From: a bacterium
GTDB lineage: Bacteria > Patescibacteriota > Minisyncoccia > UBA6257 > GWB1-50-10
Direction of reading: 5' to 3'
DNA length: 52,303 nucleotides
Assembly: GCA_021791395.1 (NCBI GenBank)
Contig: JAJYWR010000006.1
Location: 1 to 52,303, forward strand
In this document: piece by piece, positions 8,301 to 17,479 of the stretch
How the letters are laid out: each line of letters starts with the position of its first letter
Position numbering within the stretch: position 1 is the first letter of the stretch
The notes under the pieces: generated by a model
Databases searched by the model: none
What the model saw: the letters and a program-made list of their open reading frames with translations, nothing else
Told to the model about the DNA's origin: nothing
Translations under genes and position numbers: made by a program

Positions 8301-9056
8301 ATGCGGGAAATCCTTCGGTTGAGTTTTTCGCTCGCGAAGACGAATTTTAAGTTGCGGAACGAGGGGAGTTATCTTGGTATCGTGTGGTACCTCTTGGGTC
8401 CCCTCGCCCTTTTTTTTATCATCCTCTTCGTGAAAGGTGCGGCATTTCCCGGTACCTCCGCTCCGTCGTATCCGATCTACCTGCTTGTTGGCATTACTGG
8501 GTTTAACTTTTTTCGGCAAAGCATTACCACGTCCATCCAGGCGATCAATGCAAATGCCGGTTTTTTGAAATCAATCAACAACGTTTCCCCCGAAACGTTC
8601 GTCCTTTCGACGATCCTCGAGGCCGCCTTTTCACACGCTTTCGAAGTGGCGCTCGTCGCTGTGTTTATGATCTACTTCGGGGTTCCCATCATGGGAATAT
8701 TGCTTTATCCCATTTCGTTTCTGGTCTTTTTGCCCTTTGTTATCGGCGCAGGATTTTTTTGTGCCACGGTCGGCGTTTATACGATCGACCTCGACAATGT
8801 GTGGATGATTTTGAGCCAGCTCCTGTTCTTTGTGACGCCGATATTCTACACCGTCGAGCCGGGGACCGCTCTTTATACCGTGAACCTTTTCAATCCGCTT
8901 TTTTACTTCGTCCGGATTTCCCGCGATCTTCTCATTCACCAATCATTCCCGCCGGTTCGGATATTCGGTGCCCTCCTCGTTGCCGGAGCCATTGCCTGTT
9001 TCATCGGAATCAAGCTTTTCGAGTCGAAAAAACGCGAACTTGCGGAAAGAGTATAA
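8301..9056 (+). CDS. ABC-2 type polysaccharide/teichoic-acid exporter permease (Wzm/TagG-like)
   Basis: 251 aa with about 6 hydrophobic segments. The N-terminus LAKTNFKLRNEGSYLGIVWYLLGP is typical of ABC-2 permeases. It sits 3 nt after the preceding gene. Confidence 0.8.
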   Translation: MREILRLSFSLAKTNFKLRNEGSYLGIVWYLLGPLALFFIILFVKGAAFPGTSAPSYPIYLLVGITGFNFFRQSITTSIQAINANAGFLKSINNVSPETFVLSTILEAAFSHAFEVALVAVFMIYFGVPIMGILLYPISFLVFLPFVIGAGFFCATVGVYTIDLDNVWMILSQLLFFVTPIFYTVEPGTALYTVNLFNPLFYFVRISRDLLIHQSFPPVRIFGALLVAGAIACFIGIKLFESKKRELAERV

Positions 9057-9060
9057 AGGT

Positions 9061-9816
9061 ATGGAAGGTTTGAATGTTCAAAACATATCAAAAACATTCC
9101 ACATCCGGGTTCGTCCCCCCGAAGGCGCCTTGGGACACTTTGTTTCGCTTATTGCAGGCAAGGGGGATACCCGCGAACTTCGGGTGCTGGACGATATTTC
9201 CTTTGATTGCCGGCCGGGGGGAGTTTTGGGTGTTATCGGGCGGAACGGATGCGGAAAGAGCACACTCCTCCGTATCATAGCCGGGATCTACAAAGAAGAC
9301 AGCGGCATCGTCTGTGCGCCGGGGCGCGTTATGTATTTGAGCGGTTTCAACATCGGGCTCCAAAGCAGACTCACGATGCGCGAGAATATCTACCTCGTCG
9401 GTTCCATGATGGGGCTCAAAAAACGGGACGTAAAGCGGTACTTCAACGACATCATTGCATTTTCCGGCCTCAAGGATTTTTTGGATACGAACGTCTACCA
9501 ATTTTCGTCCGGCATGGTGGCGCGGCTCGGCTTTTCTTCCGTCATTAGTTTTATGAGTCACAAGAAACCGGAGGTCGTGCTCCTTGACGAAGTTTTAGGC
9601 GCGGGCGGCGATGCGGAGTTCAAAGAAGAAGCGCTCGAAAAGATGGAGGATTTCATAAATTCCGGAGCCGCGGTCGTCATGGTAAGCCATGACATGAAAC
9701 CAATCCGGAAATACTGCTCTCGGGCGATCTTCCTTGAAAACGGGAAAATTGTCGCGGAAGGGAAACCGGAATCGGTAATCAAGAGGTATGAATCGACGAT
9801 CGGTATTTCCTCATAA
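9061..9816 (+). CDS. ABC exporter ATP-binding protein (Wzt/TagH-like)
   Basis: Walker A GRNGCGKST, signature FSSGM, Walker B VVLLDE. The start was moved to ATG 9061 (MEGLNVQNISKTF). Confidence 0.85.
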   Translation: MEGLNVQNISKTFHIRVRPPEGALGHFVSLIAGKGDTRELRVLDDISFDCRPGGVLGVIGRNGCGKSTLLRIIAGIYKEDSGIVCAPGRVMYLSGFNIGLQSRLTMRENIYLVGSMMGLKKRDVKRYFNDIIAFSGLKDFLDTNVYQFSSGMVARLGFSSVISFMSHKKPEVVLLDEVLGAGGDAEFKEEALEKMEDFINSGAAVVMVSHDMKPIRKYCSRAIFLENGKIVAEGKPESVIKRYESTIGISS

Positions 9817-9836
9817 GGGCGCGTCCCCATATTTCC

Positions 9837-10304
9837 TCAACAACGTTCTCTTTTCCGAGGTATTTTTCCCCATACTCTCTCTGCTTCTCTTTCGGAATCG
9901 TGCACAAAGACCGACCCACCCGGTTTTACGAGGCGTGACGCTTCGTAAATGCTCTTCATTCTGCCGGGTTTGTCGGGTGCGTAGCCGGCAGGGCCGTCGA
10001 CAAGCACCGTGTCCCATGTCGTTTCTCGAATGTCGGCGGGGAGTTTGAGTTCGAGTTTCTCTGGGTGGTTGATGAGTTTTTGCCACTCATCGACGCGGGT
10101 GTCGTAGTGAACGCGATATATTTCGAGTGCGGGGCATTTCTTTTGAATGCGATTGAACCACGCTTCTTCGTCTTCGAGAAAAACCGTTCTTCCGCCGCGA
10201 TTCGCTTTGTTCCAGAAAATGGAGTCGTTCCCCGCGCCGAAGACGAGGAGATTCATCGGCGGGCGGATGGTCTGGAAGATAACGAAAATTTCGGGCGTTT
10301 CCAT
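9837..10304 (-). CDS. DUF579-family SAM-dependent polysaccharide O-methyltransferase (glucuronoxylan 4-O-methyltransferase-like)
   Basis: NLLVFGAGNDSIFW..NRGGRTVFLEDEEAW..YRVHYDTRV..WDTVLVDGPAGY..PGRMKSIY..VFVHDSEREAE follows, motif by motif, the plant GXM/DUF579 pattern as I recall it. Confidence 0.65.
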   Translation of the reverse strand: METPEIFVIFQTIRPPMNLLVFGAGNDSIFWNKANRGGRTVFLEDEEAWFNRIQKKCPALEIYRVHYDTRVDEWQKLINHPEKLELKLPADIRETTWDTVLVDGPAGYAPDKPGRMKSIYEASRLVKPGGSVFVHDSEREAERVWGKIPRKRERC

Positions 10305-11240
10305 TTAAATGCCGAGGAGTTTTCTTGTGATCGCAATGCGGAACCGTGAGAAGCGGATTGAGATCGATTCCACGACGAGGCCGACTTTCCACGCTGCGTC
10401 CGACATGACGCGGAAGGGCGCCCGGTGTGGATAAACGATGAATTGAAAGACGGCCCACGGGACGAACGCAAAGAAGTTCCAAATTCGATGGGAGCGGGCG
10501 CTCTCGTCTTCTTTAAAATAATCGCGGAATGCGGGATCGTGGATACGTTCGACGAAAATCCGTTCGAGGCCGCGCGCCCGTGCGTACTGCGTTCTCCACA
10601 ATTCCCTAAGTGAAGCATCGTGATGGTGTCGGACCTTAAGGTCCGGGAGGAATCTGATTTTTACCCCCTTCTTTTTGAGGCGGAGGAAAAGATCCCAGTC
10701 TTCGTAAGCTTGGATAGTCGGATCGAACATGGTGTCTTTTATGCAATCCGCCCGAATGGCGAAGTTTTTGGTGTCGATGTGTGCGGCGTATCGGCCGTCG
10801 AATTTTGAAAATACGAATCTCCCATCTTCTTCCTGCCGCATGCGGGTCCAGTAGTTTTCGCCCGCCGCTTCTTCAAAACCCATAACCGCATGCTCGTTTT
10901 CTTCCCAAATTGGGCGCGTAATCTGCTTCAACCAATCCTCGGGGACGATGCAGTCGGCGTCGGTCATGGCGATTATATCGCCTTGAGTTCTTGTGATGCC
11001 GGTATTTCGGGCGCTCGCCCGGCCGGGAATGCTTTCGTGCACCACTTTCAAAAAATCGGGGAAGCGTTTTGCGAAATCGTCGATAACACTTCGCGTTTCG
11101 CGGTCGGAATCATTCTCGACGACGATCACCTCGTACGGTTTTTCTGTTTGGTTGAGAACGGCGGTCAAGCAATCGGAAAGTGTTCCGCTCGCGTTCCGCA
11201 CGGGAACGATCACACTAATTTTTGATGCGGACTTTTTCAT
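10305..11240 (-). CDS. glycosyltransferase family 2
   Basis: ISVIVPVRNASGTLSDCLTAVLNQT..YEVIVVENDS plus a TDADC (DxD-type) motif. Confidence 0.85.
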   Translation of the reverse strand: MKKSASKISVIVPVRNASGTLSDCLTAVLNQTEKPYEVIVVENDSDRETRSVIDDFAKRFPDFLKVVHESIPGRASARNTGITRTQGDIIAMTDADCIVPEDWLKQITRPIWEENEHAVMGFEEAAGENYWTRMRQEEDGRFVFSKFDGRYAAHIDTKNFAIRADCIKDTMFDPTIQAYEDWDLFLRLKKKGVKIRFLPDLKVRHHHDASLRELWRTQYARARGLERIFVERIHDPAFRDYFKEDESARSHRIWNFFAFVPWAVFQFIVYPHRAPFRVMSDAAWKVGLVVESISIRFSRFRIAITRKLLGI

Positions 11241-12219
11241 AGAGCGTGGGCGACAGTTTTTTTATGCAGAGCCCAACTTTGCCGACGAGCCAGTCGAAGA
11301 AGTAGAAGATGGGGCGGTAATAGGTGATGAATTTGCGCAGGGCAAGCGATCGGAGATACCGGCGCTTTCGCTCTATCGTCCAGATGTCTTGCGGCTCCCG
11401 CGGGTGCGCGATGTCTATCGCGTCTGCTTTCTCGAGATTTCGTACCCACTCATCGTGGAAAAAGGAAGCCGGAAGCCAGGGTTTCGCCATTACCTCCCGG
11501 ACGAAATGGAAAATGATACCCTCCATTTTTTCGTAGGGCATGCGGTAAGCGCGGTGAGTTCGGAACGGATAGACGTTGAAGAGATCCGAGATCCGGTGCC
11601 ATTTTCGATAAAAGAGAAGGTTGATGGTTGCTTCTTCTCCATATTTGTTCAAAGTGCCGAAACGTTGGTAGAGGTTCATCAGTTTTTCAAACGAGTCCGC
11701 TTCGACGTTGCCGGTTTTGATGGCCATGATGCCGCTGTTGAATGCCCTCCCAAAGAGGGGATATTTCCGCTCCAGCGTTTTAAAAAGCTTGCGGTTGGCT
11801 TTGTTGCGCTTGATAAATTCCTGCCGTAAAGAAGTACCGTGGGCATTCGGCGAAGAAAAGGGCTCTTCGATGTGCACGAGTTCTTCGAGTGATGCCCTGA
11901 TGATAATATCGGCGTCGAGGAAAATAACCCGCTTCCATTTTTTAAAGAAGGGAGTGAAGAGATAGAATTTGTCGAGGACGACGGAAGGGTGCTCCACGCC
12001 GGCGATGCTTTTTTCCGAAAGCGCTTTGCAGGGAAAAACCAAGATCCCTTTCTCCCGGAACCACCGCAAATCCTCCTCCGGGATCTCATGCGCCAAGAGC
12101 AGGAAATCCCCCTGCCACCCTCCGTTCCAGTATGCGGACGAAAAGAGCTGCTTCGCCTGGGGGATGAAGTTCTTGTCGGCAAGGGTGACGAGGACATTTT
12201 TCTTGGAGTTATTATTCAT
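11215..12219 (-). CDS. glycosyltransferase family 8-like, tandem paralogue 1
   Basis: VLVTLADKNFIPQAKQLFSSAYWNGGWQGDFLLL...VIFLDADIII...FNSGIMA. The start was moved to ATG 12219. Confidence 0.75.
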   Translation of the reverse strand: MNNNSKKNVLVTLADKNFIPQAKQLFSSAYWNGGWQGDFLLLAHEIPEEDLRWFREKGILVFPCKALSEKSIAGVEHPSVVLDKFYLFTPFFKKWKRVIFLDADIIIRASLEELVHIEEPFSSPNAHGTSLRQEFIKRNKANRKLFKTLERKYPLFGRAFNSGIMAIKTGNVEADSFEKLMNLYQRFGTLNKYGEEATINLLFYRKWHRISDLFNVYPFRTHRAYRMPYEKMEGIIFHFVREVMAKPWLPASFFHDEWVRNLEKADAIDIAHPREPQDIWTIERKRRYLRSLALRKFITYYRPIFYFFDWLVGKVGLCIKKLSPTLYEKVRIKN

Positions 12220-13222
12220 GTTTGATGCGGATTTTTTCGTAGAAGGAAGGCAATGCCTTTTTAACACCAAGACCGATCTTGCCGATGATTCGATCGATGG
12301 ATGAAAGGAAAGGCCGCTGACTCAAAAAAGGCGATTCCGTTGTTTTGAAGCGGCGCACGTATCTTTTCCAGTCTCTTTTAGTCCATGTCTTTGCCGGTCT
12401 TTGTCGCATCGAAAGATTCATCGCATCCGCTCTCTCTAGGTTATTATTCCACTCTTGGTAAAAAACGGAAGTTGTAAGCCATGGTTTGTTGATGTCCTCT
12501 CCCACAGCATGAAGAATGCCGGCGTCGATTTTTTCGTAGGGAATGCCGTAGGTTCGATAGAGGTAAAACGGGAAAGCGTTTTCGTAGATTGGCAGTTTTT
12601 TCCATTTTTTATAGAAGAACAAGTTGAGCACCGTCTCTTCGCCGCAACGGTCGACATCATCGAAGTATCGGTAAAGAGCGAGGAGTTTGTCGAACACCCC
12701 CTCTTTTATTATTTTGGTTTTAAATGCAAGGACACCGCTGTTCAATGCAGTTTTTTCCATTGAATAATGCGCCTCGACTTCCCGGAGGACCTGTTGATTT
12801 TCGGAATCGGGTTCCAGAAACTCGTCTTGAAGCGTAAAACCGCCCGCCTCGCCGGCCGCGAATGATGCCCGGATGTGCACGAGTTCTTCGAGTGATGCCC
12901 TGACGATAATATCGGCGTCGAGATAGACGACGGTTTTCCACTGCTTGAAGAAGGGGGTGAAGAGATAGAATTTTGAGAGAGCCGCGGACCGGTGCGTCGG
13001 ATCGGAGAAGGTCTCGGATGTAAGCGCCCTGCAGGGAAAAACGATGATCCCTTTCTCCCGAAACCACCGCAAATCCTCCTTCGGGATCTCATGCGCCAAG
13101 AGCAGGAAATCCCCCTGCCACCCTCCGTTCCAGTATGCCGACGAGAAAAGTTGCTTCGCCTGGGGAATGAAGTTTTGGTCGGCAAGGGTTACTAGAACAT
13201 TTTTCTTGGGGTTATTGTCCAT
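12212..13222 (-). CDS. glycosyltransferase family 8-like, tandem paralogue 2
   Basis: It has the same N-terminal 70 aa as its neighbours, plus YLDADIIV and LNSGVLA motifs. Confidence 0.75.
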   Translation of the reverse strand: MDNNPKKNVLVTLADQNFIPQAKQLFSSAYWNGGWQGDFLLLAHEIPKEDLRWFREKGIIVFPCRALTSETFSDPTHRSAALSKFYLFTPFFKQWKTVVYLDADIIVRASLEELVHIRASFAAGEAGGFTLQDEFLEPDSENQQVLREVEAHYSMEKTALNSGVLAFKTKIIKEGVFDKLLALYRYFDDVDRCGEETVLNLFFYKKWKKLPIYENAFPFYLYRTYGIPYEKIDAGILHAVGEDINKPWLTTSVFYQEWNNNLERADAMNLSMRQRPAKTWTKRDWKRYVRRFKTTESPFLSQRPFLSSIDRIIGKIGLGVKKALPSFYEKIRIKHE

Positions 13223-14378
13223 GTTTGATGCGGATTTTTTCGTAGAGGTGCGGATTAACTTTCTTTATGAAGAGGCCGATGCGGCCTACGAGGCGATCGA
13301 TTTTACTTGTGAAGTGATTAAACGATCGGATAAGAGAAGTGGACCAGGCCTTGATGCGCCAACGGGCGTTCGCGGCGAAGATTTTTATGTGCCACCCAAC
13401 AAAGGAAGTAAACCCCATCGTCCGCCAGCCGATGAGTGAAGCATAGCCTCTTATTCGCCACCAGGCATGCATAATGCCGGAACTCAACGGGCGGGTGTGG
13501 AAGGCCAGGGAGATGAAAAAACCAGGAACCGCAAGGGCATGGAGATACTTTTTTTCTTCTTCTTCCGTCCAGACTTTTACCGGCGCCGGTCGCTGCGAAA
13601 AATTCATCGCATCAGCTCTCTTGAGATTCCGCGTCCACTCGGCATGAAAGGGGCTCCCGAGGTCCCAAGGCTTTATCGATTCGACGAAGTGGACAATGAT
13701 TGCCCGGAGGCGTTCATATCCCAGGCCGTACGTGTCGTTCATGTATTTTGGGTATGCATTGTAAACGACGGAGAGCATTTTCCACTGCCGGTAGAAATAC
13801 AAGTTGAACGTTCCTTCCTCGCCGCACAAATTCAAGGGGCCGAACTTCCGATAGAGTGCCGTGATCTCGTCGAAGGAGTTGTCTTGAATAAAATCCGTGT
13901 TGAAAGCGAAAACCCCCGTATTGAACGCCCTTCCGCGGAGAGAATAGGATTCTCGGAGTTCTTTGAAGAGTTTGCGATTTTTTCTCGAAAACTCCTTCTT
14001 GAAATTGAGTCCGGTTGCGTTTGGGGCAAGGAATCCGGTCGTCTCCGTCAACCGCTCGAGTGAGGCTTTAACGATGATGTCGGCGTCGAGGTAGACGACG
14101 GTTTTCCACTGCTTGAAGAAGGGGGTAAAGAGATAGAATTTTGAAAGAACCGTTGCCGGGTGCTGCCGTTCCCCGATGATTCCCTCGCCGAGCGCCCTGC
14201 AGGGAAAAACGATGATCCCTTTCTCCCGAAACCACCGCAAATCCTCCTTCGGGATCTCATGCGCCAAGAGCAGGAAATCCCCCTGCCACCCTCCGTTCCA
14301 GTATGCCGACGAGAAAAGTTGCTTCGCCTGGGGAATGAAGTTTTGGTCGGCAAGGGTCGTGAGGACGTGCTCTTTCAT
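13212..14378 (-). CDS. glycosyltransferase family 8-like, tandem paralogue 3 (longer C-terminus)
   Basis: It shares the N-terminal module and has YLDADIIV and FNTGVFA motifs. Confidence 0.75.
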   Translation of the reverse strand: MKEHVLTTLADQNFIPQAKQLFSSAYWNGGWQGDFLLLAHEIPKEDLRWFREKGIIVFPCRALGEGIIGERQHPATVLSKFYLFTPFFKQWKTVVYLDADIIVKASLERLTETTGFLAPNATGLNFKKEFSRKNRKLFKELRESYSLRGRAFNTGVFAFNTDFIQDNSFDEITALYRKFGPLNLCGEEGTFNLYFYRQWKMLSVVYNAYPKYMNDTYGLGYERLRAIIVHFVESIKPWDLGSPFHAEWTRNLKRADAMNFSQRPAPVKVWTEEEEKKYLHALAVPGFFISLAFHTRPLSSGIMHAWWRIRGYASLIGWRTMGFTSFVGWHIKIFAANARWRIKAWSTSLIRSFNHFTSKIDRLVGRIGLFIKKVNPHLYEKIRIKHGQ

Positions 14379-14407
14379 TATGCAGTGTTGTGTTTATTAT
14401 ATAGTAT

Positions 14408-16468
14408 ATGAAGGTTTTGTATCTCATTGCTTCGGTGAATCATGGGCAGGGAGGACATCTCCACAGCATGAGAGATCTTGCGGAAAACCTTCGGGGGGAG
14501 GGTATCGTGCCGGTTGTTGCCGTTGTAGGCGATGGGAAAGCGACGCGCGTTTTTGATTCTCTTGATTGCAGGAAGTATTTTTTTCTTATGCGCCGCGCCG
14601 GAGAAATGAAGGAAATTCTCGAGAAACTGGAATCGGTGGTGCGCGTCGAGCAGCCGGATGCGATCCATTCATTCGGCAGCCCTGCTTTGTTTGGAGCGAT
14701 GTATCTTTCCCGGATTTTTCGGGTGCCGTTCGTCCATACTCAACTTGACGGCATGGGGCCGGGAGCGCGCTTTCCCCGTATTCCTTATTGTATCGTGTAC
14801 AGCAAGGAGGGGGAGGCCTATTTCAAAAACAATCCGAAATACCGGGAAACGGAGCTCTTTTGTTTTCCCAATCGAGTAGCAAGGGTTACTCCCGACAGAG
14901 CGAGGATAGCGCGACTGAAAAATGAATTACGGCTCCCCCCCGGTTTTATTTTTCTGCGGGTTGCGCGGATCTGCGAGCTATACCGGGAAAGTTTTTTAAA
15001 AAGCATCGCTCTCGTCGAGAGGCTTAATAAAGACGGCATTCAAGCAAACCTTCTTGTTGTCGGCGTAAAGGAAGATCTCGGGGTTTTTGAAGAACTGAAG
15101 CGGCGTGAGAGCGTCTCGGTGCGCATTGTCACCGGAGACGAATACACCTCCGATGCCGACAATCTTATGGATATCGCCGATTGCATCATTGGTGCGGGCA
15201 ACAGCTTCATGGCAGCTGCATCGCTGGGGAAAATACTGCTCACCCCTCCGTCGTTTGCGCGCTACCCCGTCTTGGTGGATGAAAGTAACTTCGAAAAATT
15301 TTTCTTCTATAATTTCCGGTGTACCTTCCCGCGCCCGGCCGATTTCGAACTGGACGAAGGCGAGCGCTATGCCGCGCTCATAAGACTCCTGCAATCCGAT
15401 CGCAGCCGGGAGCGCTACCGGGAATTTTCTCTTGAGCTTTTTGCCGAACATTTCGACGTACGAAAGTTCGTAAAAGAGTACATTCCGCTCTTGAGTCGCC
15501 TTGAATTCCGATCACTTGCGAGCGTGAAAGAGGAGTACCGTCGTCTTTTTGATACTCTTTCCGGCGAGAGTCGCCGCACGGGGGACGGAGTAAGCGCGGG
15601 ATGCCTTCGATTGATGAGCATCGCAATCCTCTCCAGAATGCAGATCCTGAGCTGGTTTCGGAGAGCCGGCTTAATGATTCGGAACCGTATGGATGGAATC
15701 ATCGATATGGCCGCCGCGCACGGTCTTGAAATAAGAGAATTCCGGTTGAAGAAGAAAACCTATGATTTAGTGGTACTTGCTGCAGCGCACAACGAGGAAC
15801 AACTTATGCCGCAGTTTCTTCGCGGTGCTGCGGCCGTCGCGGATGGTATCGTGCTCCTCGATGACGGAAGTACGGATGGCACGAACGAAACAGCCATTCA
15901 CGAAAAGATAGTTTTGAAGGTGCGCAAGAGGGCGCACGTCGGTTTTCGCGATCTTGAAAACAGGAACATGCTTCTTTCTCTCGCGGAACATATTTCCGCA
16001 CGGTGGTTTTTGTTCCTTGACATTGATGAAGTTGTTGACGATCGGTACCGCGACACGCTGCGGGAAACAGTGCGGCGGAGCGATGCCGATATTGTGGAAC
16101 TGGGAATCGTCAATCTTTGGGGTGATAACAGCCACGTCCGCGTCGATACGCCCCCGCCATCGGTGAACGGCGTCCTGTGGCGGCCGCGGCTGTTTCGGAA
16201 AAAAGACGCGATGCACATCGTTTCTTCGAAGCAGCTCCATTTTTCGCTCATACCGTATCAGACTAACCGACAAGAGCGCCGGCCGATCATGGTACGGCAT
16301 TACGGTAATATGACGAAGGAACGGCGGCGAATGAGATATGAACGGTACCGCAAGGAGGACGGCAATCTTGTTTATCAACCGAGCTACGAACATATCATCG
16401 CGGAGGATGTTGTCTTGAAGCCGATCGAAGTTGCCCGGGAGGAGGTTGATCGAGCTGGTGTGTTATGA
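14408..16468 (+). CDS. two-domain glycosyltransferase (GT4-like N-terminal half fused to a GT2-like C-terminal half)
   Basis: The N-terminus MKVLYLIASVNHGQGGH resembles GT-B enzymes. The C-terminal half has VVLAAAHNEEQLMPQFL..LLDDGSTDGT..FLDIDE. TATTAT at 14395-14400 lies 7 nt before the ATG. Confidence 0.65.
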   Translation: MKVLYLIASVNHGQGGHLHSMRDLAENLRGEGIVPVVAVVGDGKATRVFDSLDCRKYFFLMRRAGEMKEILEKLESVVRVEQPDAIHSFGSPALFGAMYLSRIFRVPFVHTQLDGMGPGARFPRIPYCIVYSKEGEAYFKNNPKYRETELFCFPNRVARVTPDRARIARLKNELRLPPGFIFLRVARICELYRESFLKSIALVERLNKDGIQANLLVVGVKEDLGVFEELKRRESVSVRIVTGDEYTSDADNLMDIADCIIGAGNSFMAAASLGKILLTPPSFARYPVLVDESNFEKFFFYNFRCTFPRPADFELDEGERYAALIRLLQSDRSRERYREFSLELFAEHFDVRKFVKEYIPLLSRLEFRSLASVKEEYRRLFDTLSGESRRTGDGVSAGCLRLMSIAILSRMQILSWFRRAGLMIRNRMDGIIDMAAAHGLEIREFRLKKKTYDLVVLAAAHNEEQLMPQFLRGAAAVADGIVLLDDGSTDGTNETAIHEKIVLKVRKRAHVGFRDLENRNMLLSLAEHISARWFLFLDIDEVVDDRYRDTLRETVRRSDADIVELGIVNLWGDNSHVRVDTPPPSVNGVLWRPRLFRKKDAMHIVSSKQLHFSLIPYQTNRQERRPIMVRHYGNMTKERRRMRYERYRKEDGNLVYQPSYEHIIAEDVVLKPIEVAREEVDRAGVL

Positions 16469-16477
16469 TGTTTTCGT

Positions 16478-17479
16478 ATGGAATTATCGCTCGCAATCAT
16501 TGCCGAACCGAGGAGAGGGAACGGCATCATTGAAAAAGGCGTCATTGTTGCAAACCAGTGCGATCGGCTTTCGAAGATTGTGCCGCACCTCAAGGATTAT
16601 TTTTATCTCGTCGAGCGGCGGGGGTGGCTTTGGATGAATGGTGAACAAACCGCTGACGTGAAGCTCGTCGATGATCCGACGACCGTCGAGGAGACGAAAC
16701 GGAAATTTCCGCGTGCCGTCGTCCTTGAATTCGCGAACGGCGATTTCGTGGATACCGACATATTCCGTCCGCTCAATATTCCGAAGATATACACCGGCAT
16801 CCAGATCGCCGCATGGCCCGCATTCAAGCGGCACGAGCTTTTCGTGCGGGCGGCCGCGCTTTTGCCGGATCGGAAGTTCCTGAAATTCGGCCATTTTTGG
16901 GATGAGCCGAAGCCTTGGCGTATAAGCGGAGAACTCCGGAGGAAGCGTCGGATCATGAAGCTTTCGCGGAAGCTTCATGCAAACATCGAATTCCCGTTTG
17001 CTTCTGTAAAGCGCAACGCCGATCTTCCGAATGATCCGGGGGCGATCAACCGCATGATCAATACGGCAAAGATGGGAATTTTGACGAGCGAGCACGAGGG
17101 CTTGAACCGGTTCAAGATGGAGTGTTTATCGGCCGATATACCCATGCTCCTTCCTGAGGATGCCGGCCCCGCGACCACGCGGCACATCAATGAAAAAACG
17201 GGCGTACTTTTCAAACCGACGCCGGAAAAACTCGCCGAAGCGATTCGGTACGTCGAAGGCAACCCCGAACATTTTTCTCCCCGGGCGTACGTTTTGGGAC
17301 ACACCGGAATTCATCATGCCCTTCCGGCGCTGAAGAACGCTTTGAAAACGCTTGCAAAGCGGGACGGGTTTACGCGCGACTACGAAGAAATTTCTTGGAA
17401 TGGGCGAAACGAGAACTTGGCGTGGGCGAAAGGGGATGCCGTTCTCGGAGTCAGGGAAGTAATGAATTCATTTTCTTAA
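16478..17479 (+). CDS. glycosyltransferase, GT-B (group 1)-like
   Basis: The C-terminal part MGILTSEHEGLNRFKMECLSADIPMLL..KTGVLF resembles the GT1/GT4 nucleotide-sugar binding region. The start is uncertain. Confidence 0.5.
   Translation: MELSLAIIAEPRRGNGIIEKGVIVANQCDRLSKIVPHLKDYFYLVERRGWLWMNGEQTADVKLVDDPTTVEETKRKFPRAVVLEFANGDFVDTDIFRPLNIPKIYTGIQIAAWPAFKRHELFVRAAALLPDRKFLKFGHFWDEPKPWRISGELRRKRRIMKLSRKLHANIEFPFASVKRNADLPNDPGAINRMINTAKMGILTSEHEGLNRFKMECLSADIPMLLPEDAGPATTRHINEKTGVLFKPTPEKLAEAIRYVEGNPEHFSPRAYVLGHTGIHHALPALKNALKTLAKRDGFTRDYEEISWNGRNENLAWAKGDAVLGVREVMNSFS

Noticed and set aside
8968-9060. N-terminal extensions suggested by the ORF track, for example 8968 for the ABC ATPase, 39546 for rpe, 43255 for tktC, 51954 for L31, 29642 for giant protein 3 and 29043/35323/37667.
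   Set aside because: The extensions overlap the preceding genes and lack homology to the family N-termini. Internal ATG/GTG codons reproduce canonical N-termini ([43 protein letters not shown]).
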